From Promethearchaeia archaeon (GTDB taxonomy: Archaea > Asgardarchaeota > Lokiarchaeia > Sigyniarchaeales > SOKP01), in contig JAHQWJ010000120.1 in NCBI GenBank assembly GCA_029856125.1, positions 224,001 to 288,000 of the forward strand: 64,000 bases of DNA. The letters are read 5' to 3'. Made by a program: the position numbers and the translations under genes. Below are positions 19,453-29,006 of this stretch, piece by piece; positions within the stretch are counted from its first letter, which is position 1; every line of letters starts with the position of its first letter. The notes beneath the pieces are model-generated. The model did not search any database and was not told where the DNA came from. It saw nothing but the letters and a program-made list of their open reading frames with translations.

Positions 19453-20124
19453 GTGTATGTTATGGCACCTACACCAGCTTCTATTGAAGCATTATCGAAA
19501 CTGAGGCAGTTAAATCCTGTAACAGGATGGTATGTTGTTACTATTTTAGTTATTGTGTTATATATCTATGGTGTTGAGATCAAAAAAGCAAGAGAGACAA
19601 ATAATTGGAGCACTGTCTTTGCTGGTTTAACATTATTAGGACTTGATCTTATTAATGAAATATGGAACGGATTAGTATTTGCGTTTTCCAACTACTCGGC
19701 GTTTTGGACCACACCGGGAGCAAGTGCTTATATAATCTTAATTGGATGGAACATAGAAATCGCTTTCATGTTTTCGATCGCAGGCATTGTCTTCGCAAAA
19801 TTTCTACCAGATGAAAAAGAAAAGAAAATTTTAGGACTTCCAAACCGCTGGGCTATGGCAATCGGCTTTACACTATTTTCTGTGTTTGTCGAGATTCTAT
19901 TGAATTGGGGTAATTATTTAATATGGGAATATGTGTGGTGGAATTGGTACAACCCCATTTTAATCTTTCTTATCGGTTATTTTCACTTTTTTGTAGGTAC
20001 ATTTTATGTGTATGACCTTCCCGAAAGAAAAGACAAAATTAAGGTAGTAGGGGTTATTTACGGAATAGCTATCGTCCTTCTATGTATCTTCGGACCCTTA
20101 TTGATGCCTCTTGGTATTTTTTAG
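19453..20124 (+). CDS. Polytopic membrane protein of unknown function
   Basis: About six TM segments with conserved-looking NEIWN, WTTPG and GWNIEI motifs. Likely start ATG at 19462. Confidence 0.75.
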   Translation: MYVMAPTPASIEALSKLRQLNPVTGWYVVTILVIVLYIYGVEIKKARETNNWSTVFAGLTLLGLDLINEIWNGLVFAFSNYSAFWTTPGASAYIILIGWNIEIAFMFSIAGIVFAKFLPDEKEKKILGLPNRWAMAIGFTLFSVFVEILLNWGNYLIWEYVWWNWYNPILIFLIGYFHFFVGTFYVYDLPERKDKIKVVGVIYGIAIVLLCIFGPLLMPLGIF

Positions 20125-20339
20125 CTTTCAAAAATCCTTTTTTTTTTATTTTTTTAATCAAATAACTATTTGAACTATCTTTTGCGGTATTCAAATGAAG
20201 ATAATTTAAAACTAACACAGATTTTGACCATTTTACACCTTATAAATTGAATGTGAAAGTATTTATATTTAGATTAACATAATTAATATTGAAATTACTA
20301 ATTCTAAATAATCTAAAAAAAAACTAACATACTATAAAG

Positions 20340-20882
20340 TTGAGACCTATGGTCGCAACAGTTGATAATTTTGAAAAGTCTAAAGAATTTTTTAAAAGTG
20401 GCGATATTCTTAATGCCTTAGAGAGCTTTACTAAAGCATTAAATGGTTCAGATACTTCTAAAAGCACCGTTAAAAAAGAACTAATTTTGTTTTTGGAAAA
20501 TCTGTTACAGTATAGCAAGGATAACAATCTTCGAGACGAAGAAGCTATGGTTTTAAGAACTTTGGGAAGAACTCATTCTAAATTTAGAAATCACGTAGAA
20601 GGTTTAAAATATTCGTATCAGGCATTAAAAATTCAAAAAAAAATTGGAAGAAAGTTAGATATTGCTGAGAGCTTAGTTTTTCTTGCTGAAGACCTCGAAA
20701 TTTCAGGTAATTACGACGAATGCGCAAAATCTTTTACTGAAGCTGCCGAAATTTTTCAAGAGTTAGGGAAATTTAATAAGGAAGCAGAAATTAAAGAAGA
20801 AATTAATCGGCTGAAAGATTTTTCTGAAGAAATGGTTAAGGACGAATTTAATTTAAAGAAATTCAATATTGATAATTACTAA
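20340..20882 (+). CDS. Tetratricopeptide-repeat protein
   Basis: TPR helices: AMVLRTLGRTH...ALKIQKKIG and AESLVFLAED...AAEIFQELG. Confidence 0.8.
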   Translation: MRPMVATVDNFEKSKEFFKSGDILNALESFTKALNGSDTSKSTVKKELILFLENLLQYSKDNNLRDEEAMVLRTLGRTHSKFRNHVEGLKYSYQALKIQKKIGRKLDIAESLVFLAEDLEISGNYDECAKSFTEAAEIFQELGKFNKEAEIKEEINRLKDFSEEMVKDEFNLKKFNIDNY

Positions 20883-20965
20883 AGCAATCCAAGTATGGCC
20901 ATTAAATTTAAAAAAATCCTTTTTTTTTTGATTTTATATTTTATGAGTAGAGTATGCTACGGCTA

Positions 20966-22252
20966 TTAGTTATTCTTGTAAAGCATTTCTATCACATTTT
21001 GACAATAAAACAGTATTTCTTTAACAGTCAGAGATGTTTCTTTGCTGATTACACTTAAATCTTCAAATTCAGGTTTAACATTGATAACTTCTGTTTTTTC
21101 TCCTTTTTTAATGAAAGAAATTTTCAAATTCAAATCATACCAATTACCATTAATTTCTATTTTTTCTTTCACATTCTTGCGATCAACGCAAACACGCTTG
21201 CTTGAATAGAACCTTACGCCAAGCGTACCCAACTCTCTTAAAGTTTTAAGTATTAAATCATAATTATGAGAAGGATCACATATAATTTTGATGACGTGGC
21301 CAGGGCGATTTTTCTTAGTAATACTTGGGATTATTTGAATGTCTAAAATATCTTCATTTCCTAAAATATTTACAAAATTACCTAAAATTTCTCCAGATAC
21401 ATCGTCTACAGCTGTTTCTAGAATACTAACTTCCTCAACATAATTACTTATAGGATGTAACTCTTTAGAACGCATTGAATCTTTTATCTCTCCGTAAAAC
21501 AAACGAAGTGTATTCGAAAAAGCGTTAAACTCCTTTTGACCCGTCCCGCAGGATATCTTTAGCAAATTCATAGAGGGAACAAATTCTGAATAGGTCGGAT
21601 GCAAATTTACCAATAGCGCTGCTCCGGTAGGGGTTACTAGTTCCGATTCAATAGGTCCTCCTTTTATAGACAAACTAGAGTTTTCTAATATTTTTACTGT
21701 AGCTGGAGCGGGGATAGGTAAGATTCCGTGGGCACTTTTTATTTTTCCGCCACCAAGAGGTACTTCGCTACAATAATATGAGAAATCCGTGTTAAATCCT
21801 CCTATTGTATCAATAACTTTCGTTACTCCCAAAATATCAATCAATGTGTCAACTGAGCTTAATTCGTGAAGGTGAATGTTTTCAATTAATTTTCCGTGAA
21901 CTTCAGCTTCAGCTTTAAATAAAGTGCTTAAGACTTTCTTTGCAAACGCTTTAGCCTGTTTCGAAAAGCTGTTCTCATTAAGATACTCCTCGAGAGCGTT
22001 CGAGAGATCCTCCGGAGTTCTATGCGTTTTAGATTCCTCTATTGTTATTTCAAGTTTATTAGTCTCTAACCCCATCCTTTTAACGATCCCTAGATCAAGT
22101 TCTAATTTAGATACTCCTTTTAATTTTTTCTTTAAATCTTTTAAACCTGTGAGGATTTGGGTTGAATCAGGTATTAAACCTAATAACGATGCTAATAACA
22201 TATCCCCTGAGATTCCTGAGTTAGTTAAATCAAAAAATATAGATTTCATCAC
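20966..22252 (-). CDS. larC: Nickel-pincer cofactor nickel insertase LarC (single full-length ORF)
   Basis: SGISGDM, AEAEVHG, HLHEL, HGILPIPAPAT, ELVTPTGAA, LETAVDD, KKNRPG, TLGVR, KPEFED. Confidence 0.94.
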   Translation of the reverse strand: MMKSIFFDLTNSGISGDMLLASLLGLIPDSTQILTGLKDLKKKLKGVSKLELDLGIVKRMGLETNKLEITIEESKTHRTPEDLSNALEEYLNENSFSKQAKAFAKKVLSTLFKAEAEVHGKLIENIHLHELSSVDTLIDILGVTKVIDTIGGFNTDFSYYCSEVPLGGGKIKSAHGILPIPAPATVKILENSSLSIKGGPIESELVTPTGAALLVNLHPTYSEFVPSMNLLKISCGTGQKEFNAFSNTLRLFYGEIKDSMRSKELHPISNYVEEVSILETAVDDVSGEILGNFVNILGNEDILDIQIIPSITKKNRPGHVIKIICDPSHNYDLILKTLRELGTLGVRFYSSKRVCVDRKNVKEKIEINGNWYDLNLKISFIKKGEKTEVINVKPEFEDLSVISKETSLTVKEILFYCQNVIEMLYKNN

Positions 22253-22409
22253 ATGCTCACTCTCATGATTAAAATAGGTGAATTTGTACCTAGTACTATA
22301 AATAAAAGAACAATACTAAAAATAATAAACCGTTGTTATTTTATAATAAATTGTACTTAATTTCAATTTAATAGTTATATATTTATGAATAAAAGAGAAA
22401 TGATTAGTT

Positions 22410-23144
22410 ATGAGTGAACTTCAAACTATCAAATGTTACCTAGATCAAATACCTTCCACTTTTATAAAGTTGTTGGGCATCGATCCGCCATCTGGAATAA
22501 TTCCAGAACCTGTTAATGAGGTTGTTGATCTTTATCAAGGTATTGAACGAATAAGTGTAAGCATAATTGATAATTTTGGTTTATTTGAACTCACATTTAA
22601 TAAGCCCGAATTTATGATAACAAATTCTCAGGTGATGTTGCTTCTCTCCACCAAAAACCCTTATACTTTAGGCGTACTACATCAAATGATGTATGGAGGA
22701 TTCGAATTTGAACCCAACGGATTTCATTTGTTAAGATATCTAAACGAACATGGAAAGAAATCATGCTTTGTTGGAAGAAAAAAAGACATAGCCAGATACG
22801 ATGGAGGAACTCATTCAATTCCAAAAGAAACGGATATGGCTACATGGGTTGAATCTGCGAAGGTTATAAATACTTTTGAAATGTCTTGGATGCATTATTT
22901 AGATTTTGAAAATCTTCACAAACAACAACAAGCATTAAAACAAAGAACTCCCGAGGACTTGATTGATAAATTAATACTTCGTACTGACAAATGGATTTTA
23001 GGGAACTACAAGCAACTTAGAAATAATTCTCTAATGGTAATTCTAGGAGATCACGGTAGAGTTAAATTAAATCTCGAATATTCGGGGAAAATAGCACAAT
23101 GGCGGGAAGCAAGTGTACCGATAGCTATTATAATTAGGAAATAA
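22410..23144 (+). CDS. Compact alkaline-phosphatase-superfamily-like protein
   Basis: SIIDNFG, HYLDFENLH, ILRTDKWI and ILGDHG correspond to AlkP-core metal-ligand motifs. Confidence 0.55.
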   Translation: MSELQTIKCYLDQIPSTFIKLLGIDPPSGIIPEPVNEVVDLYQGIERISVSIIDNFGLFELTFNKPEFMITNSQVMLLLSTKNPYTLGVLHQMMYGGFEFEPNGFHLLRYLNEHGKKSCFVGRKKDIARYDGGTHSIPKETDMATWVESAKVINTFEMSWMHYLDFENLHKQQQALKQRTPEDLIDKLILRTDKWILGNYKQLRNNSLMVILGDHGRVKLNLEYSGKIAQWREASVPIAIIIRK

Positions 23145-23171
23145 GTATGTACTATTTTTATAAAAATTAAG

Positions 23172-23705
23172 ATGTTTAAAATGGAAGAATATAAGCGTTT
23201 TACAGTTTCACTTCCTAAAGATTTATACGACAAGTTTGAAGCTTTCAGGAATAATATTGGTATTTCGAGATCAGATAGTATTAGGAAAGCGATGTATACT
23301 TTAATGGCTAGTGAAGAGAGTATTACGAAAGCTTCTGGGAATGTTGTTGGTTGCATCCCTATAATTATGCTTCATGAACATTTTACTGATAAGCATGAAA
23401 AGGAAGATTCCGCAGAACGCTCTCACGAGATAAATCATGATGATAAACACCACGATCACGAATACGATTCCAGACCAATATACGCCTCTGTCCAACAAAC
23501 AGACGAAATTTTAAAAAACGATATTCAACATCATTTCTATGATGTTATTACATCAACTTTACACGTACATCTTGAATTTGAAAAATGTTTAGAAATTATA
23601 GCTGTGTCTGGACCCTTTGAAAGAGTAAAAAAACTTAAGGAAGCTTTGCAAAGATTAAGGAGTATCGTGTCGATACAATTTTTTATCATTGATAAAGAAT
23701 TTTAA
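23172..23705 (+). CDS. nikR: NikR-family nickel-responsive regulator with His-rich insertion
   Basis: RHH domain (RFTVSLP...SRSDSIRKAM) and C-terminal IQHHF...TLHVHL...CLEII nickel site. Confidence 0.88.
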   Translation: MFKMEEYKRFTVSLPKDLYDKFEAFRNNIGISRSDSIRKAMYTLMASEESITKASGNVVGCIPIIMLHEHFTDKHEKEDSAERSHEINHDDKHHDHEYDSRPIYASVQQTDEILKNDIQHHFYDVITSTLHVHLEFEKCLEIIAVSGPFERVKKLKEALQRLRSIVSIQFFIIDKEF

Positions 23706-24016
23706 TGTTAATTTAAGTAATACCATCGACGTGGATGATCTTACATAAAAGAAAGAGAAAAGAATAAAAAATTTTCTTCAAACAAGAAAAGAACAAAGAT
23801 AAAGATAAGGCGATTTATGAAGAATTTTTTATTCTATTAGATTGTGTGTGTGTTATAACTACAATGACATATTTATAATAAAAATAAGCATACATTGAGA
23901 AATTAGTAATTTTTCAGAATTAAAAAAAAAGAATGATTTTAATTAAATTTAATAAAAATATTTTTCCTTACAGGTGATTATTTTAAATAGATTTGCAGTT
24001 CTATGAGTGATCTTCT

Positions 24017-24214
24017 TTACAGATCTTTCTCTTGGACTGTTTTTCTACCGTTTGCTTTTGCTCGACCAATCGCTTTATCGAGTATACCAATTAAGGCATT
24101 ATTGAGTGCTGGACCATCAATTACATCTCCAGATGTGTTACAATCCTTAGATTTGATATATTCTCGAACTTTGGATTTTACGAATAAAACATCAACTGCA
24201 GCTTTTTTAGCCAT
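24017..24214 (-). CDS. Histone-fold protein, alpha3-truncated (face-to-face / Bd0055-HTkC-like) class
   Basis: LFVKSKVREYIK...NTSGD...LDKAIGRAKANGRKTVQEKDL; RKTV..D clamp with truncated helix 3; AGGAGG RBS. Confidence 0.85.
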   Translation of the reverse strand: MAKKAAVDVLFVKSKVREYIKSKDCNTSGDVIDGPALNNALIGILDKAIGRAKANGRKTVQEKDL

Positions 24215-24359
24215 TTTTTATTCCTCCTTTAATTATTTAAATATGTTTTAAAAATAAATTAGTGTTTAAAGAATATTTCTCCTACTCCTATTTAAAGTTA
24301 GTTGAAAAAACATCATAGAAGGTTAATATTTTGGGTATACCAGCGATCTAGAATAGAGA

Positions 24360-24379
24360 TGTTAAATTGAAATTTAACA
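24360..24379. promoter_or_regulatory. 9-bp inverted repeat in the histone/GHMP-kinase divergent intergenic region
   Basis: TGTTAAATT-GA-AATTTAACA. Confidence 0.35.
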
Positions 24380-24625
24380 AGGTGTACTCAATGATCTTTA
24401 GGATTTGTGTATAGGCAAGGTAATTCATATGATAGAGTTGCTACTTATGTAGTATCTTCTTACTTGAAAGTACAAGAGTTGTTCAAGCTATTTTAAAATA
24501 TTTTTTGATTATATGAACAAACTCATCTAATTTTGATTAGATGTATTTTTCTAATTTTAAAAATTAACAGTTTTAACTACGAATAACGAATCAAAAAGTA
24601 AGAGGAATTATTATAAAACTTTGGC

Positions 24626-25624
24626 ATGAATTTTAAAAATCCTGTTTTAACAAGAGCACCAACAAGAATCTGCGACATTGGAGGATGGACAGACACTTGG
24701 TTTTACCCAAAAGGAGCTGTATTTAGTTTTTGTGTGGATCTCTATAGCTATGTAAGACTTGTAGAAAATTCAAGTAAGACGATAAAAATTTTTGCTGAGA
24801 ATCTTAAACAAAGCGCTGTAATTCTAAATTTAAAAAAAATTGAATACAATGGTGTTTTGGATTTGTTAAAAGCAGCGATTAAAAGAATGAATATAGAAAA
24901 TGGTTTGGATATTTTTGTGAGAGCAGACGCACCACCGGGATGTGGGACAGGTACTAGTGCGAGCGTTGCGGTTACTTTAATTTCTGCCTTAGCCACCTAT
25001 AAACGATTAAATATGGATCAAAACAATATTGCTACTTTAGCACATAAACTCGAAACTGAAGAACTTGAACTTGAAAGTGGAGTTCAAGATCAGTATGCTG
25101 CCGCTTATGGAGGGATAAATTTCATGGAAATTGATTATCCTGAAGTAAAACTATTAAAAATAAAGATTAATAAGAAGCGTATTCTTGAACTTGAAAAGCA
25201 GTTTATCTTAGTCTATTTTGGTTCAAGAAGTTCGAGTAAAATGCATGATGCAGTTATAAGTAATTATAAAAATCGAGATAAGGCTACGCTCAATTCTTTT
25301 GAAATCATGAAACAGTGTGCATATGAAATGAAAGCCTCAATTAACTCTGACATTGAAATCCTTGGAGAGATTATAAATAGAAATTGGGATGCTCAGAAAT
25401 CTCTCCATCACTTAATGATTAATCCTATAATAAAGAAAGCAGAAAAAATTGCTAAGAGTAATGGTGCTATAGGATTTAAGTGCAATGGTGCAGGTGGAGG
25501 TGGTTCAGCTACCATTTTAGCTGAAAGTGGATACGAATATCAGATCAAAAAAAAATTAGTTGAAAACGGTTATACAATCTTGCCATGTAAAATGAGTTTT
25601 ACTGGCGTTAGAAGTTATGACTAG
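24626..25624 (+). CDS. GHMP-family sugar kinase (HddA / heptose-7-phosphate kinase-like)
   Basis: RAPTRICDIGGWTD, PPGCGTGTS, GVQDQYAAAYGG, GFKCNGAGGGG. Confidence 0.88.
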   Translation: MNFKNPVLTRAPTRICDIGGWTDTWFYPKGAVFSFCVDLYSYVRLVENSSKTIKIFAENLKQSAVILNLKKIEYNGVLDLLKAAIKRMNIENGLDIFVRADAPPGCGTGTSASVAVTLISALATYKRLNMDQNNIATLAHKLETEELELESGVQDQYAAAYGGINFMEIDYPEVKLLKIKINKKRILELEKQFILVYFGSRSSSKMHDAVISNYKNRDKATLNSFEIMKQCAYEMKASINSDIEILGEIINRNWDAQKSLHHLMINPIIKKAEKIAKSNGAIGFKCNGAGGGGSATILAESGYEYQIKKKLVENGYTILPCKMSFTGVRSYD

Positions 25625-25708
25625 CTTGGCCTTATTGAATGACGATACTAATTCTAATCGAATCTACTACGGTTTATCTTTAATTTATATTGGAGAAGAT
25701 GCTTTTTT

Positions 25709-25954
25709 TCATCGAGTAGGAATTATATTATCTTTATGGGAATAAAAAGAGTTATTCATGGCGTATTGATTTGCTTCTTGTATACTTTCGTAGAAAATAT
25801 CTAGTTTATCTTTTTCCAAATCGTTATAGGAATATTAACCAATTGAGCCATACAATTTTTTAATGAGATATTCCGGCTTATTAAGGTTATAAGTAAGTTC
25901 AGCAAGAATATCACTCAATTCTAAAATAATATCTTCATCTATCATTACTTTCAT
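25709..25954 (-). pseudogene. Stop-interrupted small ORF downstream of the PsbP-like gene
   Basis: ATG at 25954, 5 nt after the upstream stop: MKVMIDEDIILELSDILAELTYNLNKPEYLIKKLYGSIG*(TAA 25835-37)YSYNDLEKDKLDIFYESIQEANQYAM...TR*. Confidence 0.4.
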
Positions 25955-25959
25955 CTTTT

Positions 25960-26742
25960 TTATTCAATTAAACCGTGACTTCGTGCTATTTCTTCAAACA
26001 TCATCAAAGTGCGATACATTTCCCCAGGAACTGCATCCATTAAATTCGCTTGAATTAAATTTGCACGGAATTTAGGATATAAATGGTTCAAATTCCCAAA
26101 ACCCATTGTATCGTCCATTAAACCAGCTAATGAAAATACTTCAATAAGATTATGAATTGTATCTATGTTGGTATTAGTATTTATATTATTTATCTCATGA
26201 GCAACACTCGCGATATCAATTGAAGCTAATGTTTCACGTTTTCTCTTTTGCATTTCAAATTCTTTTGTCATTCTTTGGGGAGGAAATAATGTAAAGCTAT
26301 GGAGCATTTCTTCAAACATTGGAGATATTTCGTTAAAATTAACTTTATCAGCAAAGAAATAGAGAGCATATGATCTTTGTTCATGCAATATGTAATTTAA
26401 CTGAATAATAACATCATAAGGTGGTTGAAATCCTTTAACCTTTAGAGTATAGCTCAATTTTTCTTTAAAGTCAATTTTGTGTATTTCCTCAATGATTTCA
26501 AAATTTTTCAAATATAAACGCAAGTTTCCAATTGCTTCTTTTATATAGTTCTTATATTTCTTGGGTTTTCCACGATAAGGATTAACTAAAGGCATTAACA
26601 TTTCATTAAAGCGTTCACTATTTTCTTCGTATATCGCCATAATAAGAGGGCTTGGATTTCTAGGATCTTCCTGTACTATCCAACTACTAGGATATTTAAT
26701 TTCAAAACCGTTCTTAGGATCACTATAAATTAGAAATTTCAT
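25960..26742 (-). CDS. PsbP/DcrB-like fold protein with C-terminal helical extension
   Basis: YSDPKNGFEIKYPSSW N-motif and FEEMLHSFTL end-of-domain motif; no signal peptide. Confidence 0.65.
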   Translation of the reverse strand: MKFLIYSDPKNGFEIKYPSSWIVQEDPRNPSPLIMAIYEENSERFNEMLMPLVNPYRGKPKKYKNYIKEAIGNLRLYLKNFEIIEEIHKIDFKEKLSYTLKVKGFQPPYDVIIQLNYILHEQRSYALYFFADKVNFNEISPMFEEMLHSFTLFPPQRMTKEFEMQKRKRETLASIDIASVAHEINNINTNTNIDTIHNLIEVFSLAGLMDDTMGFGNLNHLYPKFRANLIQANLMDAVPGEMYRTLMMFEEIARSHGLIE

Positions 26743-26833
26743 AATTTCTCAGAATATTTGTCTTGATAATTTTTATGGGGAGTAATTATTTAAATATTTA
26801 ATTGGAATTAATAAATAATATATATGACAAAAA

Positions 26834-28837
26834 TTGAAATTCATAATGAAAGATTTTGAATTTAAGAATATCCCATCGAATAATAAAGATCCAATAAATT
26901 TGGATGAGCTTGGAGAAATCTCTGAGCATTTTCTCCATCAAAATGAAGACGCTATAAATTTAACCGTTCCTGAAATATTAACTCCAATTAAAAGGGGCTT
27001 AAAGAGGTATTATCACCCTCCAAGAAGTTTTGGACATACAGCAGGTATAAATTGTTTAGATATCAGTTCAAATGGCAAATACCTAGTAAGTGGATCAAAT
27101 GACACTACGGTAAAGTTATGGGATTTTAAACGTGGATGTCATTTACTTACATTTAATGGACATCAAAGTTCTATTTACTCTGTATTATTTATAGATAGCT
27201 TAAATATTATTTTGAGTGGTTCTGGAGATTCTGCAATAAAAATTTGGAACTTAAATTCGGGGAACTTAATAGATTCAATTTATACTTCAAATAATGGTTT
27301 TATTCAATCATTAAAATTTTCGAAGAGAACTGGCCATATAATCGTGGGATTACATAATGAGCGTGATTATCGTGGGTGGACCGAAGTATGGGATTTAAAA
27401 AGAAGGAAATTAGAAAATGTAATCGAACCAGATTTTGAAGCATCACGGGCTTTTACACCTACATCTGATTATAAATATTTAATTGGAGTTTCAAATTATG
27501 GATCAGATTTAGTAATTTTAGACTTTAAATCTGGTCATCCTGTAAATGTTTTGAAAAATTTAATTGAACCACCTAAATATGAAGGAGGAGAAAAGGATTT
27601 TATTAGTGATTTCGTAGTATCTCATGATTGTAAATACATCTTTATCTCAACTTACTCCAATCTATTAAAAAAAATAGATATTTTATCAGGAGAAATTCTT
27701 AATTCAGTTCAGATTCGTGGGTTGAGAAACCTGAAAATTCTCCCGCCTGGTAAGTTATTAGCTGAAGTTCGTTCTGAGTTACAAATACGAGATATTAATT
27801 CTCTGGAAATAATTAATAGAATAGAGAATCCACATAAAAAAGGAATGAATTATTTGATATTCACGCCAGATATTAAATATCTAATCTCTGCTGGGACACA
27901 GATTATAGTAACTGAGCTATCAAGTGGAAATGTAGTTAATCAATTTGGAAAAGGTTCTTTTATGAGCGATACTGAACTTGTTAGGGATGATAAAGTAATC
28001 AGTATTGTTGACGATATACTTCTATATTGGGATATAAATGATGGAAATGTAATTAAAAAAGTTCCTACTAAACCTAAAACAATTGAACCTCATACCTCAA
28101 CAAATGGTAAATATTTCTCTACATATGTTGACACCTCCTCTTTCTCAGGAGCAGATATCTGGGAAATCGACAAATTAGAATGCATACACAACATTAAAGA
28201 TTATTATATAATGGATTTCAATGATAAAGGTACACTATGTGCATGTAATCCAAGCATAAGTCTCTCATCATATAGTTGGAGTAAGCAACAAAAAAAAGGA
28301 TTAATTTCAATATTAGAAATCCCTTCAGGTAAAATCAAATTTTCAGTAAAAGTTCATGACGATAGTATTAAAGATATTAAGTTTTCTCCAAAAAAGAAAT
28401 TGATTGCCAGTACTTCTTATGATAAAACAATAAAAATATGGGATTATCAGACTGGCAAAATTATTCACAATATTAAGGATTATAGGGATGTAAGGAAATT
28501 ATTCTTTTCCCCTGATGGTAAATATCTAGTTGGAGGAGACAGAAATGGAAATTTTACATTCTGGGAAATATCCAATGGGAAGGAATTTAAGCAGATAAGT
28601 GGTCGGGGAGATAATGCTAAATACTTGTGTTTCTCCCATGATGGTAAATTTATTGCTTTTAGCAGATCTAAAAATAGCGTAATTGTTAAGAATTTTAAAG
28701 AGGATATATCTTATGGCCCATTCAACCATTTTTCTGGAATCTATAAAATTGCATTTTCAAAAAATGATGAGTTTTTAATTACTATCACTCATAATGGAAA
28801 TCTTTATTTATGGGATTTTTTACATCTCTTAAATTGA
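26834..28837 (+). CDS. WD40-repeat (probable double beta-propeller) protein
   Basis: Canonical GH...SGSxDxTVKLWD repeats at both ends, degenerate blades in between. Confidence 0.9.
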   Translation: MKFIMKDFEFKNIPSNNKDPINLDELGEISEHFLHQNEDAINLTVPEILTPIKRGLKRYYHPPRSFGHTAGINCLDISSNGKYLVSGSNDTTVKLWDFKRGCHLLTFNGHQSSIYSVLFIDSLNIILSGSGDSAIKIWNLNSGNLIDSIYTSNNGFIQSLKFSKRTGHIIVGLHNERDYRGWTEVWDLKRRKLENVIEPDFEASRAFTPTSDYKYLIGVSNYGSDLVILDFKSGHPVNVLKNLIEPPKYEGGEKDFISDFVVSHDCKYIFISTYSNLLKKIDILSGEILNSVQIRGLRNLKILPPGKLLAEVRSELQIRDINSLEIINRIENPHKKGMNYLIFTPDIKYLISAGTQIIVTELSSGNVVNQFGKGSFMSDTELVRDDKVISIVDDILLYWDINDGNVIKKVPTKPKTIEPHTSTNGKYFSTYVDTSSFSGADIWEIDKLECIHNIKDYYIMDFNDKGTLCACNPSISLSSYSWSKQQKKGLISILEIPSGKIKFSVKVHDDSIKDIKFSPKKKLIASTSYDKTIKIWDYQTGKIIHNIKDYRDVRKLFFSPDGKYLVGGDRNGNFTFWEISNGKEFKQISGRGDNAKYLCFSHDGKFIAFSRSKNSVIVKNFKEDISYGPFNHFSGIYKIAFSKNDEFLITITHNGNLYLWDFLHLLN

Positions 28838-29006
28838 AAAATTATGATATTAATTTTTCTTAAAAAATATATTAGTACATCGCTATTTAGGCAGAATGTT
28901 AATATTATTTTTCCTTAGGATTATATACCTATCAAAAATACTTATTAGATGAAAGATTTTTTTTTTTGAATGTAAAATTCCAATGAATTTTTATTCGAAG
29001 GATAAA

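Noticed and set aside
20966-22252. Programmed frameshift in larC, as in some lactobacilli
   Set aside because: Both LarC domains are in one uninterrupted frame.
23706-24016. Possible CRISPR array or ncRNA in the AT-rich spacer, including (TG)5 at 23843-23852
   Set aside because: No regularly spaced repeats or GC-rich stem structure; low-complexity sequence only.
24003-24251. 82-aa plus-strand ORF
   Set aside because: Antisense shadow of the histone gene, which has the RBS and recognisable motifs.
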